NCBI GenBank assembly: GCA_963632825.1
Contig: CAVGWF010000038.1
Span: 25,629 to 89,628 of the forward strand
DNA: 64,000 bases
Source: Escherichia coli
GTDB lineage: Bacteria; Bacillota; Clostridia; Oscillospirales; Oscillospiraceae
Reading direction: 5' to 3'
The notes beneath the pieces were generated by a model. That model was not told where the DNA came from. It saw only the letters and a list, made by a program, of their open reading frames with translations, and searched no databases. Below, piece after piece: positions 46,871 through 57,291 of the stretch. The first letter of the stretch is position 1. The number at the start of each line of letters is the position of its first letter. The position numbers and the translations under genes were made by a program.

Positions 46871-47779
46871 ATGTGGTTTTGGTTTGCACTTGCCGCGCTC
46901 CTGTGCTGGAGCGGCTCCGATCTTTTCTCAAAGATCGGCTGTCAGGATGCCGACGACAGATACAGCCATCTGAAGATGGTTATGGCGGTCGGCGCGGTCA
47001 TGGGAATACATGCCGCCTATGAGATATTTGTCGGCGGCGTAGTAATAAACGGCGAGGTTATTTTGCAGTACCTGCCGGTGTCGATGCTGTATATCGTCTC
47101 AATGACGGTCGGCTATATAGGGCTCAGATACATTGAGCTTTCCATATCGTCGCCGATATGCAATTCCTCCGGCGCTATCGTTGCGGTTCTTATATTCGCA
47201 ACGCAGGGCATAAACGGCCTGCCGAAGACGGCACTCGCTGCCGTCGCACTCGTTTGCCTCGGCGTTATAGCCCTTGGCTTTACCGAGGCAAATGAGGATG
47301 AGGAGCTGCGCCGCGCCCGTCAGGATGCAAGCAATCACCATTACACGAAAAGCTGGATCGCCATCGCTCTGCCGGTCATCTACTGCCTGCTCGACGCACT
47401 TGGTACCTTTGCCGACAGCAGAGTTCTTGAAACGCTCAATGAGGACTCGGCGAATGTCGCGTATGAGCTCACATTCCTCGTAATCGGCATAGCCTGCGCC
47501 GTGTATGTCCTCGGCGTCAAAAAGCAGCGGCTCATACCCAAGCGGGAGGTGCCCAAGTACACCGGCGCGATTTTTGAGACTGCCGGTCAGTTTGCGTATA
47601 TCTACGCCCTTGCCGATACCGCTCACTCGGCTCTCGCAGCGCCCATGATCTCGGCGTACTGCGTGGTTTCGGTCGTGTGGAGCAGGATATTCCTCAAGGA
47701 AAAGCTCTCGTTTAAGCACTATGCGTCTGTTTTTCTCGTCGTAGTGGGTATAGTTATTCTGGGAATACTCGATATTTAA
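46871..47779 (+). CDS. EamA/DMT family transporter
   Basis: Ten TM segments and a duplicated EamA-type pattern. Opening MWFWFALAALLCWSGSDLFSKIG. Confidence 0.8.
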   Translation: MWFWFALAALLCWSGSDLFSKIGCQDADDRYSHLKMVMAVGAVMGIHAAYEIFVGGVVINGEVILQYLPVSMLYIVSMTVGYIGLRYIELSISSPICNSSGAIVAVLIFATQGINGLPKTALAAVALVCLGVIALGFTEANEDEELRRARQDASNHHYTKSWIAIALPVIYCLLDALGTFADSRVLETLNEDSANVAYELTFLVIGIACAVYVLGVKKQRLIPKREVPKYTGAIFETAGQFAYIYALADTAHSALAAPMISAYCVVSVVWSRIFLKEKLSFKHYASVFLVVVGIVILGILDI

Positions 47780-47794
47780 TAAAGGAGATAATGT

Positions 47795-48511
47795 ATGTCA
47801 GATCCTATTTATAAGAGAATACTTATCAAGATCAGCGGTGAGGCGCTTGCCGGGGATAAGAAGACAGGCTTCGACTTTGATTTTATCCGTCAGGTATGCG
47901 AGGCGGTCAATAAGTGCGTTGAGCTCGGCGCTGAGGTCGGAATAGTTGTCGGAGGCGGCAACTTCTGGCGCGGTGTGAAGGACGGCGCAGGTCATATCGA
48001 GCGCGTTTCCGCAGACCGCATGGGAATGCTTGCAACTGCTATGAACTGCCTTGCATTTGCCGATGTACTGCGCCGGAGCGGCGCCGAGGCTCAGGTTCTG
48101 ACGGCGGTTGACATCCAGGGAGTAGGCGAGAGGTACACCACGGATAAGGCCGTAAAGTGCCTTGAAGAAAAAAAGGTCGTTCTGTTCGGCTGCGGCACCG
48201 GCTGCCCGTTTTTCTCGACCGACACCGCCGCGGTGCTCAGAGCCGCCGAGATCGGAGCTGACGCAATCCTTCTGGCAAAGAACATCGACGGCGTTTACTC
48301 GGCAGACCCCAGAGCGGATGCTTCAGCCGTCAGGTATGACAGCATAAGCTATGACGAGGTGCTCGCACGGCACCTTGCCGTTATGGACAGCACCGCGACG
48401 AGCCTTGCCATGGATAACGACATTCCGGTCATCGTCTTTGCTCTTGCCGAGCCGGAGAATATAGTCAGGGTTCTCAGCGGTGAAAAGCTCGGTACCACAG
48501 TCAGCAGGTAA
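47795..48511 (+). CDS. pyrH: UMP kinase
   Basis: YKRILIKISGEAL, VVGGGNFWRG, and full-length similarity. Confidence 0.96.
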   Translation: MSDPIYKRILIKISGEALAGDKKTGFDFDFIRQVCEAVNKCVELGAEVGIVVGGGNFWRGVKDGAGHIERVSADRMGMLATAMNCLAFADVLRRSGAEAQVLTAVDIQGVGERYTTDKAVKCLEEKKVVLFGCGTGCPFFSTDTAAVLRAAEIGADAILLAKNIDGVYSADPRADASAVRYDSISYDEVLARHLAVMDSTATSLAMDNDIPVIVFALAEPENIVRVLSGEKLGTTVSR

Positions 48512-48554
48512 ATACAATTGTATAGTAATATATTAAGAATCAGGAGGTAACATT

Positions 48555-49106
48555 ATGTCCAAATATCCCGAAATCGAAAACAAAATGAAGAAGACGGCTG
48601 AGGTGCTCAAGACCCAGCTTGCATCGGTTCGCGCCGGCAGAGCCAACGCGGCGGTGCTTGATCAGATCACGGTTGATTATTATGGCGTACCCACCCCCAT
48701 TCAGCAGGTCGCATCCATATCCGTTCCCGACCCGCGTTCGCTGATGATCCAGCCCTGGGACGGCTCCGTCCTCAAGGGTATTGAAAAGGCTATACTCGCA
48801 TCCGATCTCGGTATAAATCCTCAGAACGACGGCAGAGTCATCCGCCTCGTGTTCCCGCAGCTTACTGAGGAACGCCGCAAGGAGCTTGCAAAGCAGGTAA
48901 AGAAATACGGCGAGGAGTCCAAGGTCGCAGTGCGCAACATTCGCCGTGAGGCCATGGATAAGTTTAAAAAGCAGCAGAAGGCCTCCGAGATCACCGAGGA
49001 TGACTACAAGGATATTGAGAAGGATGTTCAGAAGCTCACCGACGACTATATAAAGGAAGTCGAAAGCATCGCAGACGCCAAGGAAAAGGAACTTTTCGAG
49101 ATCTGA
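48555..49106 (+). CDS. frr: Ribosome recycling factor
   Basis: ..LASVRAGRANAAVLDQITVDYYG..PQLTEERRKELAK.. Confidence 0.96.
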   Translation: MSKYPEIENKMKKTAEVLKTQLASVRAGRANAAVLDQITVDYYGVPTPIQQVASISVPDPRSLMIQPWDGSVLKGIEKAILASDLGINPQNDGRVIRLVFPQLTEERRKELAKQVKKYGEESKVAVRNIRREAMDKFKKQQKASEITEDDYKDIEKDVQKLTDDYIKEVESIADAKEKELFEI

Positions 49107-49107
49107 T

Positions 49108-49851
49108 ATGGGCGATAATAAGATTCAAAATTCGGCGGGGGAGCAGGCAAAATGCCTTCCCCGCCATATTGCCATCATACTTGACGGAAACGGTCGCTGG
49201 GCAAAAAAGCGCCTGATGCCGCGCAATGCGGGGCATCTTGCAGGATCGGAGACCTTTAGAAATATTGCAACCTACTGCAAGGAGATAGGCGTTGAGTATC
49301 TGACGGTATATGCGTTTTCAACGGAAAACTGGAAGCGCCCCGAGGAGGAGGTAGGCGGCATAATGAAGCTGCTGGATAAATACCTCCACGAGGCGATACG
49401 CGATATGCGCAAAAAGAACATCCGCATGAAGGTGTTCGGGGACACCTCAAAGCTGTCTCCCGAGCTTCGGAGACTTATTGCCGAAACGGACGAAATATCC
49501 AAGACGATAGACGGCTTTCAGGCGAATGTGTGTATAAATTACGGAGGCAGAGCGGAGATAGTGCGTGCGGCGCAGGCGTATGCGCGCGACTATGCGGCCG
49601 GGAAAACCGAGGGTGAGCTCACAGAGGAGAAGTTTTCCGGATACCTCTATTCCGCAGGTATACCAGACCCGGATCTGCTCATTCGACCGGGCGGGGAGTA
49701 CCGTATATCGAACTTCCTGTTGTGGCAGTGTGCCTATTCGGAGTTTTACTATACCGATGTGCTGTGGCCGGATTTTACACCGCAGGAGCTTGATAAGGCA
49801 ATTGCGGCATACAACCGCCGCGACCGTCGCTTCGGAGGTGTCAAGGAATGA
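49108..49851 (+). CDS. uppS: Isoprenyl transferase (undecaprenyl diphosphate synthase)
   Basis: HIAIILDGNGRWA, TVYAFSTENWKRP, IRPGGEYRISNFLLWQ. Confidence 0.95.
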   Translation: MGDNKIQNSAGEQAKCLPRHIAIILDGNGRWAKKRLMPRNAGHLAGSETFRNIATYCKEIGVEYLTVYAFSTENWKRPEEEVGGIMKLLDKYLHEAIRDMRKKNIRMKVFGDTSKLSPELRRLIAETDEISKTIDGFQANVCINYGGRAEIVRAAQAYARDYAAGKTEGELTEEKFSGYLYSAGIPDPDLLIRPGGEYRISNFLLWQCAYSEFYYTDVLWPDFTPQELDKAIAAYNRRDRRFGGVKE

Positions 49852-50993
49852 TAAAAGCCGTATCCATCCTCGGCTCGACCGGCTCAATAGGACGGCAGAG
49901 CATCGCTGCCGCGCAGCATCTGGGCGTTCCGGTCGCCGCGCTTACAGCAAACAGAAAAACAGATCTTGTCGAGCAGCAGGCAAGGCTGCTGAAGCCTAAA
50001 TTTGTTGCCGTTTTTGACGAAAATGCGGCAAATGACCTGAAAATAAGGCTTGCCGATACGAATATAAGGGTCGGCAGCGGTATGACGGGGCTCATAGATG
50101 CGGCTACCATTGACGAAGCCGACTGCGTTGTCACTGCGGTGTCGGGCTCCGTCGGTCTGAAGCCTACGCTTGCGGCCATCGAAACGCACAAGCGCATAGC
50201 CCTTGCAAACAAGGAGACTCTTGTATGTGCCGGTGAGCTTGTTATGCCTGCGGCAGCTGCCGAGGGCGCGGAGATAGTGCCGGTCGATTCCGAGCATTCC
50301 GCGATCTTCCAGTGCCTCATGGGAAGAAAAAAAGGCGAGCTAAAAAAAATACTGCTGACCGGCAGCGGCGGACCGTTCCGCGGCAAAGCCCGCTCGGAGC
50401 TTGAGAACGTTACCCCGGAGCAGGCGGTAAAGCACCCGAACTGGTCAATGGGCGCAAAGATATCCGTCGATTCCGCGACCATGATGAACAAGGGACTTGA
50501 GTTTATCGAGGCGATGCACCTTTTTGGCGTTTCACCCGACGATATTCAGGTCGTCGTTCACCCCCAGAGCATCGTTCACTCGATGGTGGAGCTCGTAGAC
50601 GGCACCGTCATAGCCCAGCTCGGAGTTCCGGATATGGGGCTGCCGATACAGCTTGCAATGACATACCCGGAAAGGTGCGCATCCCCATTCAGGCACCTTG
50701 ATTTCTATGATATGAAGGATATGACATTTGAAGCGCCGGACTACGAAAAAAACCCGTGCCTGAAGCTCGCAATGGACTGCGCGCGCATGGGCGGCACCGC
50801 GCCCTGCATCATGAGCGCGGCAAACGAGGTCGCCGTGTCAATGTTTCTGAACCACCGCCTTGGCTATAATCAGATATATGACTGTGCTTTGCAGGCGGTA
50901 GAGAGCATAGAGATAATAAAAGAGCCAGAGCTCGACGCAATATTGGAAGCCGACGAGCGGGCAAGAGTTTATGTCAGGGAGCACTTTTCCTAA
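49848..50993 (+). CDS. dxr: 1-deoxy-D-xylulose-5-phosphate reductoisomerase
   Basis: ILGSTGSIG, LANKETLV, VDSEHSAIFQC, HPNWSMG. ATGA overlap with uppS. Confidence 0.96.
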   Translation: MIKAVSILGSTGSIGRQSIAAAQHLGVPVAALTANRKTDLVEQQARLLKPKFVAVFDENAANDLKIRLADTNIRVGSGMTGLIDAATIDEADCVVTAVSGSVGLKPTLAAIETHKRIALANKETLVCAGELVMPAAAAEGAEIVPVDSEHSAIFQCLMGRKKGELKKILLTGSGGPFRGKARSELENVTPEQAVKHPNWSMGAKISVDSATMMNKGLEFIEAMHLFGVSPDDIQVVVHPQSIVHSMVELVDGTVIAQLGVPDMGLPIQLAMTYPERCASPFRHLDFYDMKDMTFEAPDYEKNPCLKLAMDCARMGGTAPCIMSAANEVAVSMFLNHRLGYNQIYDCALQAVESIEIIKEPELDAILEADERARVYVREHFS

Positions 50994-52036
50994 TGTATAT
51001 AATTATCGCAATATTGATGTTCGGCATTCTCATTGCCGTTCACGAATTCGGACATTTTGCAACCGCAAAGCTGTGCCGCGTGCGCGTTGATGAGTTTGCC
51101 ATCGGCATGGGTCCCGCCATATTCAAAAAGCGGAAGGGCGAGACTCAGTATTCGCTGCGCATTCTGCCGCTGGGCGGCTTCTGCGCCATGGGCGAGGACG
51201 AGGAGTCCGAGGATCCAAGAGCGTTTGTAAATCAGGGCTTCTGGAAAAAACTTCTCATCCTGTGCGCGGGCTCGTTTATGAACTTTGTGCTCGGTGTCGT
51301 GCTCATTGTTATCATGTATGCGCCGGCGCAGGGCTTTATTGAGCCTGTCATCAGTGGCTTTCTCGACGGCTGTCCATACAGCGGCGAGGACGCGTTTCAG
51401 GTCGGCGACAGGTTTTACAGCATCGACGGGCACCGCATATACTTAAACAGCGATGTTTCCATGTTCCTTGAGCGCGGTGACGGAGTTTACGATATAGTCG
51501 TCATCCGCAACGGTGAAAAGGTGGAGCTTAACGATATGGAGCTGACCCGCGCGGTAGAGACCGAGCAGGGAATGAAATACGGCTTTACATGGACGGTAAG
51601 CGAAGCCGGCTTCGGCGCAAAGCTCAGGTACACATGGAATACGGCCATGGAGTTTTCGCGCCTTGTATGGCTCGGACTGGGCGACCTCATCCACGGTGCC
51701 GTCGGCGTTGACGATATGGCGGGACCCGTCGGCATAGTTGACATGATGAACGAGGTCGGCTCAAGCGCGGCAAGCACTGCCGACGCCATTTACTCAATGC
51801 TGTATTTCTCGGCGTTTATTGCGATAAACCTTGCAATAATGAATATGCTGCCCATACCGGCGCTTGACGGCGGCAGAGTGTTCCTGATGATAGTGACCGT
51901 TATTATCGAAGCCGTAACGCGCCGCAGGCTCGATCCTAAATACGAAGGCTATATCCACGCCGGCGGCATGATCCTCCTTCTGCTGCTGATGGCGTTTATC
52001 ATGTATAACGATATAGCCAGACTCATAACGGGGTAA
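50993..52036 (+). CDS. rseP: RIP metalloprotease RseP (M50 site-2 protease)
   Basis: HEFGH zinc motif at the N-terminus, one PDZ-like segment, and C-terminal NLLPIPALDGG-type motif (NMLPIPALDGG). Confidence 0.93.
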   Translation: MYIIIAILMFGILIAVHEFGHFATAKLCRVRVDEFAIGMGPAIFKKRKGETQYSLRILPLGGFCAMGEDEESEDPRAFVNQGFWKKLLILCAGSFMNFVLGVVLIVIMYAPAQGFIEPVISGFLDGCPYSGEDAFQVGDRFYSIDGHRIYLNSDVSMFLERGDGVYDIVVIRNGEKVELNDMELTRAVETEQGMKYGFTWTVSEAGFGAKLRYTWNTAMEFSRLVWLGLGDLIHGAVGVDDMAGPVGIVDMMNEVGSSAASTADAIYSMLYFSAFIAINLAIMNMLPIPALDGGRVFLMIVTVIIEAVTRRRLDPKYEGYIHAGGMILLLLLMAFIMYNDIARLITG

Positions 52037-52040
52037 TGCC

Positions 52041-53099
52041 ATGTACGAGAGAAAAATGACAAAAACAATATCGGTCGGCTCCGTGACGGTGGGCGGGGAC
52101 AGCCCTGTTTCCGTGCAGTCGATGTGCAACACGAAAACTCACGATGTCGAGGCGACCGTGGGTCAGATAAATGACCTTCAGAAGGCCGGCTGCGAGATTG
52201 TGCGCCTTGCCGTGCCGGATATGGCGGCAGCCGAGGCTATATCCGCAATAAAGGAACGCACGGGCATCCCGATAGTCGCGGACATACATTTTGACTACCG
52301 TCTCGCATTGGCGGCAGCCGAGCGCGGAGCCGATAAGATCCGCATAAATCCGGGCAATATCGGCGAGGCGGAGAATGTGCGCAAGGTCGCCGAGGCGTGC
52401 AGAAAGAGAAGCATACCCATTCGCATAGGAGTAAACAGCGGAAGCCTTGAAAAGCCTCTGCTCGAAAAATACGGACACCCGTGTCCGGAGGCACTCGTTG
52501 AGAGCGCAAAAGGGCATATCGAGCTTTTAAACCGCTTTGATTTTGACGATATCTGCGTTTCACTCAAATCCTCCTCTGTACCGCTCACCGTGAGAGCTTA
52601 CCGCCTTGCGTCACAGGAGCTTCCTTACCCGCTGCATATAGGCGTTACCGAGACCGGAACGGCATGGAACGGCACCATACAGTCTGCCGTCGGTATAGGA
52701 ACGCTGCTGTGCGAGGGCATCGGAAACACCGTCAGGGTGTCGCTCACAGCCGATCCCGTGGAGGAAGTGAAGGCGGCTGTTGCCATACTTAAGGCTGCCG
52801 GTATGCGCCGCGGCGTAAGGCTTATATCATGCCCGACCTGCGGCAGAACCAATATCGACCTTATCGGACTTGCGCACGAGGTTGAAAAGCGCATTTCCGG
52901 TATTGAGCGGGACATAACGGTAGCCGTAATGGGCTGCGTCGTAAACGGTCCCGGCGAGGCGAGAGAGGCAGACTACGGCATTGCAGGCGGCAAGGACTGC
53001 GGTCTGCTGTTTAAGCACGGACAGGTGCTGGGGACCTATCCCTCGGACAAACTGTGCGATGCACTTATAGACCTGATTGAAAAGGATGTACGGTTTTGA
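52041..53099 (+). CDS. ispG: 4-hydroxy-3-methylbut-2-en-1-yl diphosphate synthase (flavodoxin)
   Basis: VQSMCNT, RINPGNIG, and Fe-S Cys motifs ISCPTCGR and MGCVVNGPGE. Confidence 0.95.
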   Translation: MYERKMTKTISVGSVTVGGDSPVSVQSMCNTKTHDVEATVGQINDLQKAGCEIVRLAVPDMAAAEAISAIKERTGIPIVADIHFDYRLALAAAERGADKIRINPGNIGEAENVRKVAEACRKRSIPIRIGVNSGSLEKPLLEKYGHPCPEALVESAKGHIELLNRFDFDDICVSLKSSSVPLTVRAYRLASQELPYPLHIGVTETGTAWNGTIQSAVGIGTLLCEGIGNTVRVSLTADPVEEVKAAVAILKAAGMRRGVRLISCPTCGRTNIDLIGLAHEVEKRISGIERDITVAVMGCVVNGPGEAREADYGIAGGKDCGLLFKHGQVLGTYPSDKLCDALIDLIEKDVRF

Positions 53100-56000
53100 G
53101 CGAGCATACTTCATTTCTTGAAATGTTCCCCGGTGCGGCGAGTCAGACGGCAAGCTGCGGCGGGCTTGAAAAGGCATATGTCACCGATGTTGAAATAAGC
53201 GTTGAAAGCAGCGCAATGAGCGTGCGGGCGTGGTTTGTCAGAGCTCCGGCACCCGCAGAGCTCGATGCGCTGTGCGGCATTCTGCGCACGGATTACGGGC
53301 TGAAGAAAGCCGCCATCGTGCCGGACAGTCCCGAGACCGCAAAGGGTGCAAAGACCCCCGCTCCGCCTGAGAGCGCTGCACCCTCAGGCGGCGACGGCAG
53401 GGTGCTCATGGGACACGGCATCAAAAAAGCACCCACTCCGATGAAAGAGCTCAATCAGGACTCCGGCAGGGTCGTCGTTGAGGGAGATGTCTTTGAGGTC
53501 TCAAGCCGCAGGCTCAAAAAGCGTGACGGTGCAATGCTCAGCTTTGATATAACCGACCTCACAGGCTCGATACGGGTCATAAAATTCCTGAAGGGCGAGG
53601 ACGACCAGTCGATAATAAGCAAAATAAATGTCGGTGATCATCTGAAGGTCAACGGCTTTGTTGCATACAGCAGATATGACGAGGATATTATCCTTGAGCC
53701 AAAGGACATAGTCGCCGGCAAAAGGTATATCCGTCCGGATAATGCGGAGGAAAAGCGCGTCGAGCTGCATGTCCACACCCGCTTTTCCGCACTCGATGCG
53801 CTGACGGATCCGGCAGCCATCGTAAAGCGTGCGGCCTATTGGGGACACCCCGCCATTGCCGTGACCGACCACGGCGTCCTGCAGGCGTTCCCCGATATGT
53901 GGAAGGCCGGCAAAAAGCACGGCGTTAAGATAATCTACGGCTGCGAGTGCTATTTTGTAAACGACATGGACGGAAGCCTTGCCGTTCACGGTGACTGCGA
54001 CCGCGATATGTACGACGAAATGGTGGCGTTCGATATTGAGACCACCGGTCTGAACGCGGGTTCTGACCGCATGACTGAGATCGGTGCCGTAATTTTTGCC
54101 GGAAACGAGATAAAGGAGACCTTCAACACATTTGTAGACCCCGGAATGCACATTCCGGCGGAGATAACCCAACTCACCGGCATAACCGACCGCGATGTCA
54201 GGGGTGCTCCCTCCGAGGAGGAGGCGCTGCGCAGCTTCCTTGAGTTTGCCGGCGACCGCCCGATAGTTGCCCACAACGCCGATTTCGACACCGGCTTCAT
54301 GTCGGCGGCTGCGGGACGGCACGGCATAGAGTTTGAGCCTGTGTATATCGACACGCTTGAGCTTTCCCGTGCACTTTTGCCCGATCTGAAAAAGCACAAG
54401 CTCGATATAGTATCAAACCGCCTGAGCCTTCCGGAATTCAATCACCACAGAGCCAGCGACGATGCGCTGGTGTGCGGGCGCATCATGGGGCGCTTTCTCG
54501 CCATGCTTGCAGAGCGCGGCGCAAAGACGGTTAACGACATTCAGAGCGTTTATTCCCGGATAAAGCCCGCAGATCACGCAAGATCGCGGCATATGATACT
54601 GCTTGTAAAGAATAAAACGGGACTGAAAAACCTGTATGAGCTCGTGTCGCAGTCTTACCTCAGGTACTTCCATAAGACACCCACGATGCCCAAAAGCCTG
54701 CTGATAAAGCACCGCGAGGGACTGCTTGTCGGCTCGGCGTGCGGCATGGGCGAGCTGTACGGCGCGGTGATGCACGGCGCAAGCGATTCCGAGCTGCGCA
54801 GGATAGCCTCGTTTTACGATTATCTTGAAATTCAGCCGCTCGGCAATAACGGCTTTCTGGTCGATAACGGCGTTGTCAGCGACATCACGGTCCTGCAGGA
54901 CTATAACCGCCGCATAATAGAGATCGGCAGACAGCTTGATAAGCCCGTTATCGCGGCGAGCGATGTACATTTTCTCGATGCCGAGGATGAGCAGTACCGC
55001 AAGATACTGCAGGCGGCAAAGAAATTCTCCGATGCCGACCGCGGCTGCCCCATATTCTTCCGCACCACCGACGAAATGCTCAGGGAATTTGACTATCTCG
55101 GCGAGGAGACGGCACGCAGGGTCGTTATAGAAAACACCCGCGCCATTGCCGACATGGTTGATGATATAGAGCTGCTGCCCAAGGATCTGTACCCTCCCAA
55201 GATCGAGAACTCCGCGCGCGACCTCAAGGATCTTGTTTACGGGAAGATGCATGAAATTTACGGTGAAAATCCGCCGGAAATAGTAAAATCCCGCGTTGAT
55301 ACTGAGCTAACGACTATACTTGACCATAACTACGATGTCATTTATATGTCCGCGCAGAAGCTCGTGCAGAATTCTCTTGAGCACGGCTATCTTGTCGGCT
55401 CCCGAGGCTCGGTCGGCTCGTCTATAGTTGCGTATATGTCCGGCATCACCGAGGTCAACTCGCTGCCGCCGCACTATGTCTGCCCCAAGTGCAGGCACTC
55501 GGAGTTCATAACCGACGGCTCTTACGGCTGCGGCGCCGATATGCCGCCGAAAAACTGCCCGGACTGCGGTACGCTCATGCGGCAGGACGGCTTTGACATT
55601 CCGTTTGAGACCTTCCTCGGCTTCCCGGGAAATGAAAAGACTCCGGATATAGACCTTAACTTCTCCGGCGAGTATCAGGCACAGGCACATAAATATACCG
55701 AGGAGCTTTTCGGCTCGGATCATGTTTTCCGTGCCGGCACCATCGGAACGCTTGCCGAGAAGACAGCATATGGCTATGTTAAAAAATACCTCGAGGAGCG
55801 CAATATACGCGTAACCAAGGTCGAGGAAAACCGCCTTGCAAAGGGACTTGTCGGCGTAAAGCGCACGACCGGTCAGCATCCCGGCGGTCTGGTCGTCATA
55901 CCGCAGGACATGGATGTAACCGATTTTTGCCCCGTGCAGCATCCGGCGGACGACCCGAAAAGCGGCATCGTCACTACGCATTTTGAGTATCACTGCATGG

Positions 56001-57103
56001 AGTCGAACCTCCTGAAGCTTGACGAGCTCGGTCACGATGACCCGACAATGATAAGAATGCTCGAGGATGCAACCGGCGTTAATGCGCGCGAGATACTGCT
56101 CTCAGACCCCGATACGATGAAGATATTCACAACGCCGGCCGTTCTTGGACTTCCTGAGGACGACGATATTATCGGCAAAACCGGCAGCATCGGCATACCC
56201 GAGTTCGGCACGGGATTTACACGCCAGATGCTCGTTGACACTCAGCCGACCCAGTTTGACACGCTCGTGCGGCTCTCCGGCTTTTCCCACGGCACCGATG
56301 TGTGGGCGGGAAATATCCGCGACCTCATCGTCAACGGCATAGCCACCGTTAACGAAACCGTAGGCTGCCGAGACGATATAATGCTCTATCTTATCCAGAA
56401 GGGTATGGAGCCTTCACTGGCGTTCAAAACCATGGAGGCGGTGCGAAAGGGCAAGGTGAAGAAAAGCGGCGAGTTCCCAAATGATGCCGAGGCACAGATG
56501 CGCTCGCTCGATGTTCCGGACTGGTATATCGAGTCCTGCCGCAAGATAGCCTACCTTTTCCCGAAAGCCCACGCCGTTGCGTATGTTATGATGGCCTTCC
56601 GTATCGCATGGTTCAAGGTGCATGAGCCGCTCGCGTTTTACAGCGCGTATTTCTATCGCCGCAGTCAGAAAAACAGCTTCGACGCCGAAATGATGACCGC
56701 CGGAGTGGACGAGGTGCGGCGCAGGATATATGATCTGCGCCAGAAGGAGGATGCCACCGCCAACGAGGACAGCATCCTTACTACGCTCGAATCGGTCTAT
56801 GAGTTCTATATGCGCGGCTTTGATTTTGCGCCAATTGACCTGTATGAGTCGAGCGCCACGAAATTCAGAATAACCTCCGACGGCAAGCTCCGTCCGCCGT
56901 TTGTCGCTATTGCCGGTCTCGGCGAGGCGGCTGCGGTCGATCTTGAAAGCTGTACGAAAAACGGTCAGAGCTACATATCCGTCGAGGAGGTCAGCGCGGT
57001 CTGTCCCAAGGTCAGCACCACCCACCTTGAGACCTTGAGGCGTATGGGAGCCTTCGGCGACATGCCGGAGAGCTCACAGATAAATCTTTTTGAGGGATTC
57101 TGA
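53096..57103 (+). CDS. polC: PolC-type DNA polymerase III alpha subunit
   Basis: OB fold, split PHP (VELHVHTRFSALDA), and inserted DEDDh exonuclease (VAFDIETTGL, HNADFDTGF, HRASDDA). Also a Zn finger (CPKCRHSE..CPDCG) and a polymerase core. TTG start overlaps the ispG stop. Confidence 0.96.
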   Translation: MSEHTSFLEMFPGAASQTASCGGLEKAYVTDVEISVESSAMSVRAWFVRAPAPAELDALCGILRTDYGLKKAAIVPDSPETAKGAKTPAPPESAAPSGGDGRVLMGHGIKKAPTPMKELNQDSGRVVVEGDVFEVSSRRLKKRDGAMLSFDITDLTGSIRVIKFLKGEDDQSIISKINVGDHLKVNGFVAYSRYDEDIILEPKDIVAGKRYIRPDNAEEKRVELHVHTRFSALDALTDPAAIVKRAAYWGHPAIAVTDHGVLQAFPDMWKAGKKHGVKIIYGCECYFVNDMDGSLAVHGDCDRDMYDEMVAFDIETTGLNAGSDRMTEIGAVIFAGNEIKETFNTFVDPGMHIPAEITQLTGITDRDVRGAPSEEEALRSFLEFAGDRPIVAHNADFDTGFMSAAAGRHGIEFEPVYIDTLELSRALLPDLKKHKLDIVSNRLSLPEFNHHRASDDALVCGRIMGRFLAMLAERGAKTVNDIQSVYSRIKPADHARSRHMILLVKNKTGLKNLYELVSQSYLRYFHKTPTMPKSLLIKHREGLLVGSACGMGELYGAVMHGASDSELRRIASFYDYLEIQPLGNNGFLVDNGVVSDITVLQDYNRRIIEIGRQLDKPVIAASDVHFLDAEDEQYRKILQAAKKFSDADRGCPIFFRTTDEMLREFDYLGEETARRVVIENTRAIADMVDDIELLPKDLYPPKIENSARDLKDLVYGKMHEIYGENPPEIVKSRVDTELTTILDHNYDVIYMSAQKLVQNSLEHGYLVGSRGSVGSSIVAYMSGITEVNSLPPHYVCPKCRHSEFITDGSYGCGADMPPKNCPDCGTLMRQDGFDIPFETFLGFPGNEKTPDIDLNFSGEYQAQAHKYTEELFGSDHVFRAGTIGTLAEKTAYGYVKKYLEERNIRVTKVEENRLAKGLVGVKRTTGQHPGGLVVIPQDMDVTDFCPVQHPADDPKSGIVTTHFEYHCMESNLLKLDELGHDDPTMIRMLEDATGVNAREILLSDPDTMKIFTTPAVLGLPEDDDIIGKTGSIGIPEFGTGFTRQMLVDTQPTQFDTLVRLSGFSHGTDVWAGNIRDLIVNGIATVNETVGCRDDIMLYLIQKGMEPSLAFKTMEAVRKGKVKKSGEFPNDAEAQMRSLDVPDWYIESCRKIAYLFPKAHAVAYVMMAFRIAWFKVHEPLAFYSAYFYRRSQKNSFDAEMMTAGVDEVRRRIYDLRQKEDATANEDSILTTLESVYEFYMRGFDFAPIDLYESSATKFRITSDGKLRPPFVAIAGLGEAAAVDLESCTKNGQSYISVEEVSAVCPKVSTTHLETLRRMGAFGDMPESSQINLFEGF

Positions 57104-57291
57104 AAAAATTGTAAAGATTTTTGGAACAATAGTGACTTTTGAGCCGTCTTGTTGTATTATAGCCCCTAACCTCTTATCGAAAGAAGGAACCACTCATAAA
57201 GATCTTCAGCTCAAAGTCAACAAGAACCGTCACTACCACCCGCCCGGCTGCGAAAGCGCAGGTAAGACCCGTCAAGGCAGAGCCCGTTAAG

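Noticed and set aside
57090-57290. 66-aa ORF overlapping the polC stop and running through the polC/glycosidase spacer
   Set aside because: It has no SD and starts inside polC. The alternative frame, continuous with the downstream gene, is more coherent in composition.
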